From NCBI GenBank assembly GCA_046731955.1, contig JBKPMC010000044.1, forward strand, positions 26,157 to 90,156: DNA of 64,000 nt, read 5' to 3'. This stretch comes from Pseudomonadota bacterium (GTDB lineage Bacteria > Pseudomonadota > Alphaproteobacteria > Sphingomonadales > Sphingomonadaceae). Made by a program: the position numbers and the translations under genes. Below, piece after piece: positions 19,766 to 29,288 of this stretch; the first letter of the stretch is position 1, and the number at the start of each line of letters is the position of its first letter. Under the pieces are notes generated by a model, which was given only the letters and a program-made list of their open reading frames with translations, did not search any database and was not told where the DNA came from.

Positions 19766-20485
19766 GTGGGTGGGGAAAGTGGTGATATCGGCCTCATGGA
19801 GGCCAGGAGCGCGCTCGCGTGGTGGCTCGAGGCCGGCGTCGATGTTGCCGTGCAGGAGGAGCCGCGCGACTGGCTGAAGCCCGCACCCGAGCGCAGCCAA
19901 CCCGCCCCTGCCGAGCGCTCGTCCGCTGCAAATGTCGCTCAGCCGAGCCATGAAACGCTCGCCGAACTTCAGCAATGGCTGGCGAACAGCGTCGTCCTCC
20001 CGCTAGCCGGCGCGGGCTCCAGGCGCGTCCTTCCGCACGGGCCGGAAAATGCGCCGGTGATGCTTCTCGCCGACACGCCCGCGCTCGAGGATGCGGCTGC
20101 CGGGCAGCCTATCGGTGGCGAAGCCTGGATCCTTGCCCAGCGGATGCTCGCGGCGATCGGAATTCGGGGAGAGGATGCCTACAGCGCTTCCCTGTCCTGC
20201 TTCCACGCACCCGGCGCTCGGATGAGCCACGGCGACCGCCAGGCGTGCGCCGAGATCGCCCGTCAGCAAATCCGCCTCGCCAAGCCCAGACGGCTCCTGC
20301 TGTTTGGCGACGGTCCGTGTCTTGCCCTGCTCGGCAAGCGAATGGTGGAGGCGCGCGGGCACATCCACAAGATCGAGGGGGTGCGCACGGTCGCCACCTT
20401 CCACCCCCGCCACCTCATTAATCGTCCCTTAGACAAGGCGCTGGCATGGCGGGATCTTCTGCTTCTGATGGAGGACGAATCTTGA
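19766..20485 (+). CDS. Uracil-DNA glycosylase family 4-like protein (divergent)
   Basis: GPENAPVML, RMLAAIG, ATFHPRHL, KALAWRDLL. Confidence 0.75.
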   Translation: MGGESGDIGLMEARSALAWWLEAGVDVAVQEEPRDWLKPAPERSQPAPAERSSAANVAQPSHETLAELQQWLANSVVLPLAGAGSRRVLPHGPENAPVMLLADTPALEDAAAGQPIGGEAWILAQRMLAAIGIRGEDAYSASLSCFHAPGARMSHGDRQACAEIARQQIRLAKPRRLLLFGDGPCLALLGKRMVEARGHIHKIEGVRTVATFHPRHLINRPLDKALAWRDLLLLMEDES

Positions 20486-22344
20486 AGGCAGGTTTGCTTG
20501 CGTTCGGAGCATTGATCTGGGCCGCGCCTGTGTACGCGCAGGCATCCGACCCGCTGGCTCCGTTGCCTCCTCAGCCGGCCTCAACCCCTCAAGGAGAGCC
20601 GCCGGCCGGCATACAGCCGGCGCCGCGCGAGCCGCTCGTCGTCGTTCCAACCACACAGCCCGCGCCCTCTCCGGCGGCTCCCGCGACCGTTCCTGTGCAA
20701 CAGGCGCCGGTCCTCGCTCCTCCGCCCCCGCCGGTGCCCGTAGTCGCCATACCGAAGGATTGGCGCGGCGTGTTTGACGCGATCGATGCCGGCCAGTGGT
20801 CTTCGGCTCGGGCCGGGATCGCCACTCTTCCCAGGAGCGTGCTCACACCGCTCGCCAAGGCCGAGCTGTACACCGCGAAGGGCTCGCCGGTTGTCGACCT
20901 CACGACGATCCAGGCCCTGATCGCCGAGGCTCCGGAGCTACCGCAGGCCGACCAGCTTGCGCGAATGGCGATCACGCGCGGCGCGACGACGTCGCCGCTG
21001 ATCGTCCTGCAGAAGCCCGTTTATGGCCTCGGCTCGGCTCCAGGCCGCTATCGGACCAGGCCAGTCCAGGGCGAGCCGGCCGCGGACGCGCTCCGTGCAT
21101 CGCTCGATCCGCTGGTCAAGACCAATGACGCCGCCGGCGCTGAGGCCCTGCTCGTCACTCAGGCGCCGTACCTCTCTGTCGAAGCGCGCGCCGAAGCGGG
21201 TCACCGTGTCGCCTTCGCTTATTATGTGCTCGGCCTCGACGTGGATGCGCGCCGGGTCGCCGATACCTGGCGGCAGGGCGCGAGCGGCGAATGGGCCTCA
21301 CAGGCCGCTTGGGTGTCCGGACTCGCCTCCTGGCGGCTCGGCGACTGCGAATCCGCTTCGCGTGCCTTTCAGCAGGTCGCCCGGTTCGCCCGGCAGCGCG
21401 AGCTCAGGGCCGGCGCTTATTACTGGACGGCGCGCTCGGAGCAGGCCTGCCGGCGCCCGCGCTCGGTCGCCCCTTTGTTGAGAGCGGCCGCGACGACCGC
21501 GGAAGCTCCGGAAAGCTTCTATGGCCTGCTCGCCAGAGAGACGCTCGGCCTGGACACCAAGCTTGCGTCGGACCCGCTCGTCGGCTTCGACCCGCCGGTC
21601 GAGCAATATCCCAATGTCCAGCGCGCCATCGAGCTTGCGAAGATCGGTGAGCCGGCGCTGGCCGAGGAGATGCTTCGTCACCAGGCCAGGATCGGAACGC
21701 CTTCCGAACACCATGCTTTGATCCAGCTCGCGAAGAAGCTCGACCTTCCCGCAGCGCAGCTCTGGCTTGCGAACAACGGCCAATGGGGCGCGCGCTCCGA
21801 CGCGGCCGACCGCTATCCCAACCCGCGCTGGAATCCGCTGATGGGCTGGCGAGTCGATCCGGCGCTCGCCTACGGGCATATTGTCCAGGAGTCGTCCTTC
21901 CGGAGAACGGCGATCAGCACGGCCGGAGCGGTCGGCCTGATGCAGGTCCTGCCGGTCACGGCGCAGATGCTGTCGAGGAACCGGGGCGTTCCCTATTCCA
22001 GAGCTGCGCTCACCGATCCGAGATACAATCTCGAGTTCGGCCAGTGCTTCCTGGAGATGATGCGCGGCTCTTCGGCGACGGCGGGGCAGCTTCCGCGAGT
22101 GATCGCTTCTTACAATGCCGGCCCGCTTCCGGTCGCGCGCTGGGCTGGAATCAACGATAAGGGCGACCCGCTGCTGTGGATCGAATCCATCCCTTATTGG
22201 GAGACGCGTTACTACGTGCCCGCAGTACTCCGGAACATGTGGGTTTATCAGGGCCTCAACAAAGAGAATGCGTCGACCCTGAAATCGATGGCCGAGCATC
22301 GCTGGCCGACCTTCCCCACGGGGATGACCCGCCTCTCCCACTAG
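20482..22344 (+). CDS. Soluble lytic transglycosylase (Slt-like)
   Basis: Signal peptide; QESSF, GAVGLMQV, ASYNAGP, IPYWETRYYV. Confidence 0.92.
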   Translation: MKAGLLAFGALIWAAPVYAQASDPLAPLPPQPASTPQGEPPAGIQPAPREPLVVVPTTQPAPSPAAPATVPVQQAPVLAPPPPPVPVVAIPKDWRGVFDAIDAGQWSSARAGIATLPRSVLTPLAKAELYTAKGSPVVDLTTIQALIAEAPELPQADQLARMAITRGATTSPLIVLQKPVYGLGSAPGRYRTRPVQGEPAADALRASLDPLVKTNDAAGAEALLVTQAPYLSVEARAEAGHRVAFAYYVLGLDVDARRVADTWRQGASGEWASQAAWVSGLASWRLGDCESASRAFQQVARFARQRELRAGAYYWTARSEQACRRPRSVAPLLRAAATTAEAPESFYGLLARETLGLDTKLASDPLVGFDPPVEQYPNVQRAIELAKIGEPALAEEMLRHQARIGTPSEHHALIQLAKKLDLPAAQLWLANNGQWGARSDAADRYPNPRWNPLMGWRVDPALAYGHIVQESSFRRTAISTAGAVGLMQVLPVTAQMLSRNRGVPYSRAALTDPRYNLEFGQCFLEMMRGSSATAGQLPRVIASYNAGPLPVARWAGINDKGDPLLWIESIPYWETRYYVPAVLRNMWVYQGLNKENASTLKSMAEHRWPTFPTGMTRLSH

Positions 22345-22345
22345 T

Positions 22346-22381
22346 TAAAAAAATCCCGGGCAGGACGACCCTGCCCGGGAG
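22346..22381. terminator. Terminator between convergent slt and OMP genes
   Basis: TCCCGGGCAGG / CCTGCCCGGGA stem with an adjacent A-run (U-tail on the minus strand). Confidence 0.8.
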
Positions 22382-22419
22382 TGAGTTGCCCTCGTAGTGA
22401 GGGTCTATGCGCCTGTGGA

Positions 22420-23316
22420 TTAGCGCCCGCGCTCGCCGCGCTCGACTGGCGGCGGAGGCGGCGGCGGAGGAGCCGGGCAGGCGGAAGTCGCCAGGATCAC
22501 CGACCCGTCCGGGCAGGTCTGCGTCGCAGGCGCTGGCGGCGGAGGCGGTGGAGCGGGTTCGGCTGCAGGGATCGGCGCCGGTGCCGGCTCGGACGAGTTG
22601 AAGTTGTAGACGAGGCTCGCAAGGACGCTGTGGGAGTCGTAATTGCCCTTCGCCCTCGTGCTGAAGTTCGTGCTGTTCACCGTGAAGTCGTCGTCGAACG
22701 CGAGCTTACCGGTGTGGAAGTAGCGATACTTGACACCGGCATCGATGTTCGGAGTGACCGCATAGCGCAGGCCGGCGATGCCCTGGAAAGCCCATGCATT
22801 GTCCTTGTCGCCCGCGAACTTGGCCCAGGCGTGGCCGGCGCCGCCGCCGATATATCCGCCGAACTTGGAAGCGCCGAAGTTCGAGTCGAGCAAGGCATTC
22901 GCCATAAGGGTGGTGATGCCGATGTGATCACCGACGCTGAAGTCGTCCGCCGTGACCGGCACGCCGGCCGCAGTCCCCACCGCGGTGATCAGTGGAGCGC
23001 TGACGCCGAAGCTCTTCAGCTTCGCTCGCTTGTATCCGCCTTCAGCCTCGAGCCGGAACAGGCCCAGCTTGTAGCCGGCGATCAAATCGACGTCGTATCC
23101 GGTCTTGTGCTTGACCTTGTAACCGTCGTTGAATTCGGCCGTGGTCGGCGGGGTTGCGGTCGTGTTGTTGAGGATAACGTCGAGGTCGGTGCTCTGGGGG
23201 AAAGTGGCACCGCCCTCGAGCCCGACATAAGGACCATCGGCCGTCCCTGCGAAAGCCGGTGTTGCGGCAGTCGCAAACGCGGTGAGCGCCGTCGCTGCCA
23301 ATACATAGTTACGCAT
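22420..23316 (-). CDS. Outer-membrane beta-barrel protein (OmpA-like transmembrane domain) with Pro-rich periplasmic tail
   Basis: Signal peptide; YVGLEGG, FRLEAEGGYK, FQGIAGLRY; last strand SLVYNF; tail TQTCPDGSVILATSACPAPPPPPPPPVERGERGR. Confidence 0.9.
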   Translation of the reverse strand: MRNYVLAATALTAFATAATPAFAGTADGPYVGLEGGATFPQSTDLDVILNNTTATPPTTAEFNDGYKVKHKTGYDVDLIAGYKLGLFRLEAEGGYKRAKLKSFGVSAPLITAVGTAAGVPVTADDFSVGDHIGITTLMANALLDSNFGASKFGGYIGGGAGHAWAKFAGDKDNAWAFQGIAGLRYAVTPNIDAGVKYRYFHTGKLAFDDDFTVNSTNFSTRAKGNYDSHSVLASLVYNFNSSEPAPAPIPAAEPAPPPPPPAPATQTCPDGSVILATSACPAPPPPPPPPVERGERGR

Positions 23317-23523
23317 ATTTTTTAATCCCTTTTGGCTTGTGAGCCCCTGTTGCGCGCCTGTTGTCGGGACGAACTTGGCTGGCAGATGAATGACTCGTTA
23401 CAAATCGCAACTGATTGTCAGGCCATCGGACGAAGCAGGCGTCTCATCGTTTTACGCAACCATCAGGTTGCATGCCTGAGCAACTCGTGCGAATGGATCG
23501 CGCAATCAGGAGGTTGCAGAAAA

Positions 23524-23970
23524 ATGGCCGATGCGATCAGGAAATCGACCTTCATCCAGGCTCCGATCGAACGCGTGTGGCGCGCGCTCTCGGATCACCG
23601 GGAATTCGGCGAGTGGTTCAAAGTAGCGCTCGACCAACCATTCGAAGCCGGCAAGCCGTCAACGGGCCACATTACCCATCCCGGCTATGAGCACATCAAA
23701 TGGAATGCGGAGGTAGTCGCCGTCGATCCGCCGCACCGGCTTGCGCTGCGCTGGCATCCCTACGCCATCGATCCCAACGTAGACTATTCGAATGAGCCGA
23801 CGACGCTCGTCGAGTTCACGCTCGCCGAGCAGGATAGCGGGACCCGGGTCGAGGTGGTGGAAAGCGGCTTCGACGCCATTCCCGCGAGCCGTCGCGACGA
23901 AGCCTTCCGGATGAACTCCGGCGGATGGGAAGCGCAAATGGAGAACATCAAAAAGCATGTCGCAGGGTGA
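23524..23970 (+). CDS. SRPBCC/AHSA1 family protein
   Basis: APIERVWRALSD, TTLVEFTL, ESGFD, GGWEAQM. GGAGG RBS before ATG 23524. Confidence 0.88.
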   Translation: MADAIRKSTFIQAPIERVWRALSDHREFGEWFKVALDQPFEAGKPSTGHITHPGYEHIKWNAEVVAVDPPHRLALRWHPYAIDPNVDYSNEPTTLVEFTLAEQDSGTRVEVVESGFDAIPASRRDEAFRMNSGGWEAQMENIKKHVAG

Positions 23971-24277
23971 CCCGGCCGAGTTGTTCGCTGCACTCGGCGA
24001 TCCGACGCGGCTTGCCCTGGTTGGCCGGCTCGCCGACGGGCGCCCGCGCTCGATCGGTGAGCTCGGCCGCGATTCTTCGATCAGCCGGCAGGCGCTGACC
24101 AAGCATCTGCGCGTACTGGAGCGCGCCGGCGCGGTGAGCTCTAGCAGGTCCGGCCGCGAAGTGCGCTTCCGCATCGAGCACCAGCGCCTCGAGGAAGCTG
24201 AAGCGTTCCTGGCAAGGGTGTCTGAACAGTGGGAAGATGCGCTTCAGCGTCTCGCGAATCACGCCGAGCGTTCTTGA
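23957..24277 (+). CDS. ArsR/SmtB family transcriptional regulator
   Basis: FAALGDPTRL, ISRQALTKHLRVLE, GREVRF. Confidence 0.9.
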   Translation: MSQGDPAELFAALGDPTRLALVGRLADGRPRSIGELGRDSSISRQALTKHLRVLERAGAVSSSRSGREVRFRIEHQRLEEAEAFLARVSEQWEDALQRLANHAERS

Positions 24278-24284
24278 TATGTTC
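24270..24284 (+). promoter_or_regulatory. Alphaproteobacterial LexA (SOS) box
   Basis: GTTC-TTGATAT-GTTC (GTTC-N7-GTTC), 25 nt before the radical SAM start. Confidence 0.8.
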
Positions 24285-24309
24285 CACCAAGCGGCGTAGC
24301 CTTCGGGCC

Positions 24310-25380
24310 ATGCCAGTCGAGTCGAGTGACGGACGCGGGGCGACCCGCAACGCAACGCCCACGCGCTTCAACCTCAAGGAACGGGTTGTCGAGGGCGAAT
24401 GGCTCGACCAGGTCGAGGCTCTCGACGGCGTGCCGAAGCGCCGAACCACCGTCACCATCGAGCATCCGAAATCGATCCTGACGCGCAACAGCTCGCCCGA
24501 CATCGGCTTCGATCGTTCGGTCAACGCCTATCGCGGGTGCGAACATGGCTGCATCTATTGCTTCGCCCGGCCGACACACGCCTTCCACGACCTGTCGCCC
24601 GGGGTCGACTTCGAATCGCGCCTGTTCGTGAAACCCAACGCCGCGCAGCTCCTGCACGCGGCTCTTTCGCGGCCAGGCTATGAGTGCCGGCCGATCGCGA
24701 TGGGAACCAACACGGATCCCTACCAGCCGATCGAGGAACGCTGGCGGGTGACCCGCTCGCTCGTCGAGCTGCTGCTCGAAACTCGCCACCCCTTCACAAT
24801 CACGACCAAATCCGACCGCGTGCTGCGCGACATCGACCTTCTGAAGCAGGCCGCGGACCTCCGCATTGCGTCGGTCGCGATTTCCGTGACGTCACTCGAT
24901 CCCCAGATAGCGCGTACGTTGGAGCCGCGCGCTCCGCAGCCGAGAAAGCGACTCGCAGCGGTCAAGGCGCTGAACAATGCCGGAGTGCCCTGCTATGTCG
25001 CGATCGCTCCGGTGGTCCCGCAAATCACCGACCATGAGCTCGAACATATCGTCGAGGCGGCTGTCGAAGCCGGGGCGCCGGGCGGCTTCTATCTGCCGGT
25101 CCGCCTGCCGCACGAGGTCGCGCCTCTGTTCCGCGCCTGGCTCGACACGCATTATCCGGACCGCGCGGCCAAGGTGATGGCGACCATCCGCTCGCTTCGC
25201 GGCGGGCGCGACAACGATCCCAACTTCTTCAGCCGTCATCGAGGACAGGGCCCCTGGGCCGAGCTCCTAAGGACGCGTTTCGAGATCGCCGCCAAGAAAT
25301 ATGGCCTCAAGCAGGCCAAGTTCCCGCTGCGGACGGACCTGTTCCGTCCGCCCGAGGGTAACCAGATGCGACTTCTTTGA
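24310..25380 (+). CDS. PA0069-type radical SAM protein (SplB-like DNA repair family)
   Basis: YRGCEHGCIYCFAR (CX3CX2C), GTNTDPYQP, ITTKS, RLPHEVAPLF; C-terminal QMRLL. Confidence 0.92.
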   Translation: MPVESSDGRGATRNATPTRFNLKERVVEGEWLDQVEALDGVPKRRTTVTIEHPKSILTRNSSPDIGFDRSVNAYRGCEHGCIYCFARPTHAFHDLSPGVDFESRLFVKPNAAQLLHAALSRPGYECRPIAMGTNTDPYQPIEERWRVTRSLVELLLETRHPFTITTKSDRVLRDIDLLKQAADLRIASVAISVTSLDPQIARTLEPRAPQPRKRLAAVKALNNAGVPCYVAIAPVVPQITDHELEHIVEAAVEAGAPGGFYLPVRLPHEVAPLFRAWLDTHYPDRAAKVMATIRSLRGGRDNDPNFFSRHRGQGPWAELLRTRFEIAAKKYGLKQAKFPLRTDLFRPPEGNQMRLL

Positions 25381-25449
25381 TCGATCAATGCTCAAATTTA
25401 ATCGACCGGCGATCGTGACATCCGTCGCTCCGTTGCTACTCCGAAGAGC

Positions 25450-26838
25450 ATGAAACCTTATCTCATCGCTGCGCTTCTGCTCGCCGCCGCCACCCCAGCC
25501 CTCGCCCAGCAGGCAGCTGCGCCTCTGCCGTCGGTCGACCCCAAGATCGCCGCGCTTCGAGATGCGGCACTGAAGGATGACGTCGCTTACGACATCGTCG
25601 AGGGGCTCACGACCGAGGTTGGCGAGCGCCTCGCGGGCACTGAAGCGGAAGCCAGGGCCCGCGACTGGGCGGTCAAGAGACTCAAGGCGCTTGGCTTCGC
25701 GAAGGTGCGGGTCGAGCCCTTCGATATGCCCACCTGGAACCGTGGGCCGGAGTCGGTCGAGATTCTCGGGCCCTTTCCGCAGAGGTTGATGATCGCCGCG
25801 CTTGGCAACAGTGCTTCGACTCCTCCGGAAGGGATCACCGGCCAGGTCGTCGGATTCGACAGCCTTGCCGATCTCGAAGCCGCGCCGGACGCTGCGGTTC
25901 GGGGCAAGATCGTGTTCGTGTCGCATGCGATGCCGCGCACACAGGACGGCTCCGGCTACGGTTTCTTCGGCGGCCCGCGACGGCAGGGACCGAGCATCGC
26001 CAGCCGCAAGGGCGCGATCGCCATCGTTATCCGTTCGATCGGCACTGACTATCACCGCAACCCGCACACCGGCGTACAGATGTTCGACCAAGGCGTGCGG
26101 CCGATCCCCGCCGGCGCGCTCCCGCTGCCCGATGCCGAGCAATTGCAGCGCATCCTGAAACGCGGGAAGCCCGTCACGATGCGGCTGACCCTGGTGTCGC
26201 AGACGGGTCACGGGCAGTCGGGGAACGTCATCGCCGAAGTGCGTGGGCGCGATCCGAAGCTCCCACCGATTCTCGTCGGCGGGCACCTCGATAGCTGGGA
26301 CGAAGGCACTGGAGCGATCGACGACGCAACTGGCGTGGCAATCGCCACCGCCGCGGCCAAGCGCATCATGGATGCCGGACGGTCGCTGCGGACGATCCGC
26401 GTTGTCTGGTTCGGCGCCGAGGAGCCCGGGCTATTCGGCGGCCTGTCCTACAAGGCAAAGCATGCCGAGCCGCATCATGCACTCGCGGAGAGCGACTTCG
26501 GCACCGGGCGCGTCTGGAAAGTCGATAGCAAGCTTGGCAAGGAGCGCGAAACGGAAGCGAAGGCGCTGCAGGCCGCGCTCGCTCCGCTCGGGATTGTCCC
26601 CGGGTCGCTCGACAAGGCGGACGGATCGGACATCGGGCCGATGCTCGAAGCGGGAGCGCCGGGCGTCACCCTCAACCAGGACGGCACCTATTATTTCGAC
26701 ATCCACCACACGCCCGACGACACGCTCGACAAGGTCGATCCCGAAGCACTTCGGCAGAATGTCGCGGCATGGACCGCGATGCTGGCGGTGCTTTCGGGCG
26801 GAATTGAGCCGGAGCCGAAACGGGGCAAGCGGCGTTGA
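25450..26838 (+). CDS. Secreted M28 family metallopeptidase (carboxypeptidase Q-like)
   Basis: Signal peptide; GGHLDSWD, GAIDDATG, FGAEEPG, ESD, IHHTPDDT. Confidence 0.9.
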   Translation: MKPYLIAALLLAAATPALAQQAAAPLPSVDPKIAALRDAALKDDVAYDIVEGLTTEVGERLAGTEAEARARDWAVKRLKALGFAKVRVEPFDMPTWNRGPESVEILGPFPQRLMIAALGNSASTPPEGITGQVVGFDSLADLEAAPDAAVRGKIVFVSHAMPRTQDGSGYGFFGGPRRQGPSIASRKGAIAIVIRSIGTDYHRNPHTGVQMFDQGVRPIPAGALPLPDAEQLQRILKRGKPVTMRLTLVSQTGHGQSGNVIAEVRGRDPKLPPILVGGHLDSWDEGTGAIDDATGVAIATAAAKRIMDAGRSLRTIRVVWFGAEEPGLFGGLSYKAKHAEPHHALAESDFGTGRVWKVDSKLGKERETEAKALQAALAPLGIVPGSLDKADGSDIGPMLEAGAPGVTLNQDGTYYFDIHHTPDDTLDKVDPEALRQNVAAWTAMLAVLSGGIEPEPKRGKRR

Positions 26839-26861
26839 GTCCCCAAAGAGGAGGACATTCA

Positions 26862-27131
26862 ATGCGCATTGCACTTGCTCTTCCGCTCCTGCTGCTTGGC
26901 GCCTGTCAGGTCAGCAAGGACGAGTCCAACGGCACGACGAGCATCACCTACAATCAGGACGTCGCCGAGAATGCGGCTGCGGACATCGGCAACACTGCCG
27001 AGAACATCGCCGCCGACATCGGCAATGACGTCAAGAGCGAAGGTGGCAGGCTCGAGAACAGGATCGACAACACGGACGTCAGCGTGAACGTCGACACGGA
27101 CGTGAAAACGAACACGACGAACAAGCAGTAG
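26862..27131 (+). CDS. Small lipoprotein with low-complexity AADIGN repeats
   Basis: GAGGAGG RBS; lipobox LGAC; ENAAADIGN / ENIAADIGN repeat. Confidence 0.8.
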   Translation: MRIALALPLLLLGACQVSKDESNGTTSITYNQDVAENAAADIGNTAENIAADIGNDVKSEGGRLENRIDNTDVSVNVDTDVKTNTTNKQ

Positions 27132-27179
27132 TGCCCTGATCGCACCCTTCGCCCTGCCCCCCGGACAGGGCGAGATGCG

Positions 27180-27254
<75 letters not shown>

Positions 27255-27257
<3 letters not shown>

Positions 27258-27365
27258 CCTTCGCTGCTGTGCAGCTTCGGCGGGCAAGCCCGCCTTGGCA
27301 CTTTGCCGCGCTACACAAACTTGGGCTGGCTTGCCAGCCGTAGCCCCGATAGGAGCGAAGGCTGG
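27255..27365. repeat. Inverted pair of GCCTTCGCT...GCTWCGGCKGGCAAGCC palindromic repeats in the tRNA spacer
   Basis: Plus copy CCGCCTTCGCTGCTGTGCAGCTTCGGCGGGCAAGCC; minus copy CCAGCCTTCGCTCCTATCGGGGCTACGGCTGGCAAGCC. Confidence 0.7.
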
Positions 27366-27437
27366 TGGGCCCGGAAGGATTCGAACCTCCAACCTAGCCG
27401 TTATGAGCGGCCGGCTCTACCGTTGAGCTACAGGCCC
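27363..27437 (-). tRNA. tRNA-Ile2 (CAT anticodon, lysidine type)
   Basis: GGGCCTGTAGCTCAACGGTAGAGCCGGCCGCTCATAACGGCTAGGTTGGAGGTTCGAATCCTTCCGGGCCCACCA. The acceptor stem resembles Ile2 rather than initiator Met. Confidence 0.9.
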
Positions 27438-27495
27438 TCCCCGGTGCGTTCGCGATAGACGCCGAAGGCCGCTCCCTCAAGTCAACTGCGCCAGG

Positions 27496-29106
27496 TCAGG
27501 CGCGTGGGAACGTCAGGGTCAGGCCGGCATGAGACGTGACGAGATCGCCGCCCGCGATCCGAGCGAGACCGCGCACAAGCCGCAACGAGAAGGCGGCCGC
27601 CGCGGCGTTGCCCGCCCCGGCATCGAACAATTGCGGATCCGTCACTCCGCGCAGAGTCGATGGCCTGCTCACCGAAAAGCTGCACTGGTCGCCCACTTGG
27701 TCGAGCGACAGCCGCAGTCGCTCGCCGCGTTCGGAGCTGTCGATCACCGCCGAGCTCAGGCGGAAGATCAGGCGGTCGGCGAGCTCAGGCTCAACCCTGG
27801 CAGCCGGCATCCGCGGGGTCTTGGCGATCTCGAGTGACGCGCCGCGCTTCTCGGCAAGCTCGCGCAGCGAACCGGCGATCCTCTCGAGCAGGTCGCCGAG
27901 ATCGACGCGGCGTCCCGCGCCTCCTCCCGAGTGGATCTTGGCCGCAAAGTCGAGATCGTCGATCGCGCTCAGAAGCAGCCGAGCCTGCTCCACGATACCC
28001 GCCGCGCGTTCGCGGTAGCGTCGGTCGGCAGGCCCCAGATATTGCCCGTCGATAATCTCGGCAAAACCGATGATGGCATTGAGCGGAGTCTTGATCTCGT
28101 GGACCAGCTCGCGGACTGAATCTGGGTCGCTCAGGATTTCCGGAGTCTCTTCAGCCACGGCGACCGCCTGCGGATTCTCGCGCAGCGCGACTCCTCGATA
28201 ACCGGCGAAGCGGCCGTCGTTGGGCTCGAATGCGGGCACGCCGCTGATTCGCCACTCGCCCGACACCAGCCCGTCGCCTCCGACGCTCAGCGCCCGGTCG
28301 CGGAATGGCGCACGCATCGCGAAGGCCCGAACCACCTCCTCGTCGACTCCCTCGTCTTCCTGGTCCTGGGGGCGCGAAATCGACCGGCCGATCAGGGCTC
28401 CGCGCGGCGCGCCTTCGACCCAAGCGATCTCCCCGCTCGGGTTGCATTCCCAGCGGAACAGCGCCGGGGCTCCGGTCGGAGCAGTCGCCGCGGCCGGGGC
28501 CTCCCGCTTGGGCTGCTGCAGCTCGCGGCTGCGGCGGCGGCGCTCAATCCTGGCGACAACCTCGCTCAGGGACGGCCCGGCGGGAGATGGAGGCGGAGGC
28601 GGCGGGGTCTTTGCCGGTGTCGCGGTCTTCTTCGGCGGCGGCTTGGCTTCCCGTGATGGCGTCGGTTCCACGGGCGGCGCCGGCTCGACAAGCGTTTCGG
28701 TGAACTCGGGCTCGGGTTCGATTCCGAGCTCTGGATGGAGGGTCTCGATGAAGCGGCGAGTCTCCTCGTCCGTTCCCTGAAGCAGGCCGCGCCACTGGGC
28801 CGGTTCGAGCGAGGCCGCGGCGAGCACCGGCGCGGAGACCGACAAACGGTCCGCCGCGAACGTCTCGAGCAGGCCGATCGGCAAGGGAAGCGCAGCTACC
28901 GCCCGCGCCGCCGCCGCCCGCAGATTTTCGTCGACCTTGGGAGCTTCGCTTCGGATCGCGTCGAGCGCCTGGGAGACGACCGGACTGCTACTGTTCGGTC
29001 CGGCGCGCGCGACGAGATCGACCAGCTGCCTCCAGCGCACCGCCGCGTCGTGGCGGTCACCGGCCGGCTGGTTCAGGACTGTGAGCAGGCGATCGTCGAA
29101 CCGCAC
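27496..29106 (-). CDS. Histidine kinase-like protein (PleC/DivJ-type H-box) with degenerate ATPase domain
   Basis: ELVHEIKTPLNAIIGFAEIIDGQYLGP; PAS-like segment FRWECNPSGEI...GRFAGYRG; no recognisable N/G1/G2 boxes. Confidence 0.8.
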   Translation of the reverse strand: MRFDDRLLTVLNQPAGDRHDAAVRWRQLVDLVARAGPNSSSPVVSQALDAIRSEAPKVDENLRAAAARAVAALPLPIGLLETFAADRLSVSAPVLAAASLEPAQWRGLLQGTDEETRRFIETLHPELGIEPEPEFTETLVEPAPPVEPTPSREAKPPPKKTATPAKTPPPPPPSPAGPSLSEVVARIERRRRSRELQQPKREAPAAATAPTGAPALFRWECNPSGEIAWVEGAPRGALIGRSISRPQDQEDEGVDEEVVRAFAMRAPFRDRALSVGGDGLVSGEWRISGVPAFEPNDGRFAGYRGVALRENPQAVAVAEETPEILSDPDSVRELVHEIKTPLNAIIGFAEIIDGQYLGPADRRYRERAAGIVEQARLLLSAIDDLDFAAKIHSGGGAGRRVDLGDLLERIAGSLRELAEKRGASLEIAKTPRMPAARVEPELADRLIFRLSSAVIDSSERGERLRLSLDQVGDQCSFSVSRPSTLRGVTDPQLFDAGAGNAAAAAFSLRLVRGLARIAGGDLVTSHAGLTLTFPRA

Positions 29107-29228
29107 CGAATTTCCCGTAGATCTCAGACGCACCGATTGGCTCTAAGCCGAGAGGCCTCAGCCGCTAAGTCGCCATGAATGAACCATCCCGAAACGGGAC
29201 AGCCTCGTGGACGAGACGAGAGCGCAAG

Positions 29229-29262
29229 AAAAGAGGCGCCGGCGAGCCGCCGACGCCTCTTC
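29229..29262 (-). terminator. Rho-independent terminator of the TPR gene
   Basis: AAGAGGCG / CGCCTCTT stem with an A-run on the plus strand. Confidence 0.7.
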
Positions 29263-29288
29263 CGTCGCTCGCTAAAGCTCCCGGAGGC

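Noticed and set aside
22414-22422. DnaA-box-like TAATCCACA at the OMP stop codon
   Set aside because: One mismatch, and it lies between convergent gene ends with no promoter to regulate.
26960-27030. Short tandem DNA repeat, possible CRISPR
   Set aside because: In-frame coding repeat of the lipoprotein; no spacers and no cas genes.
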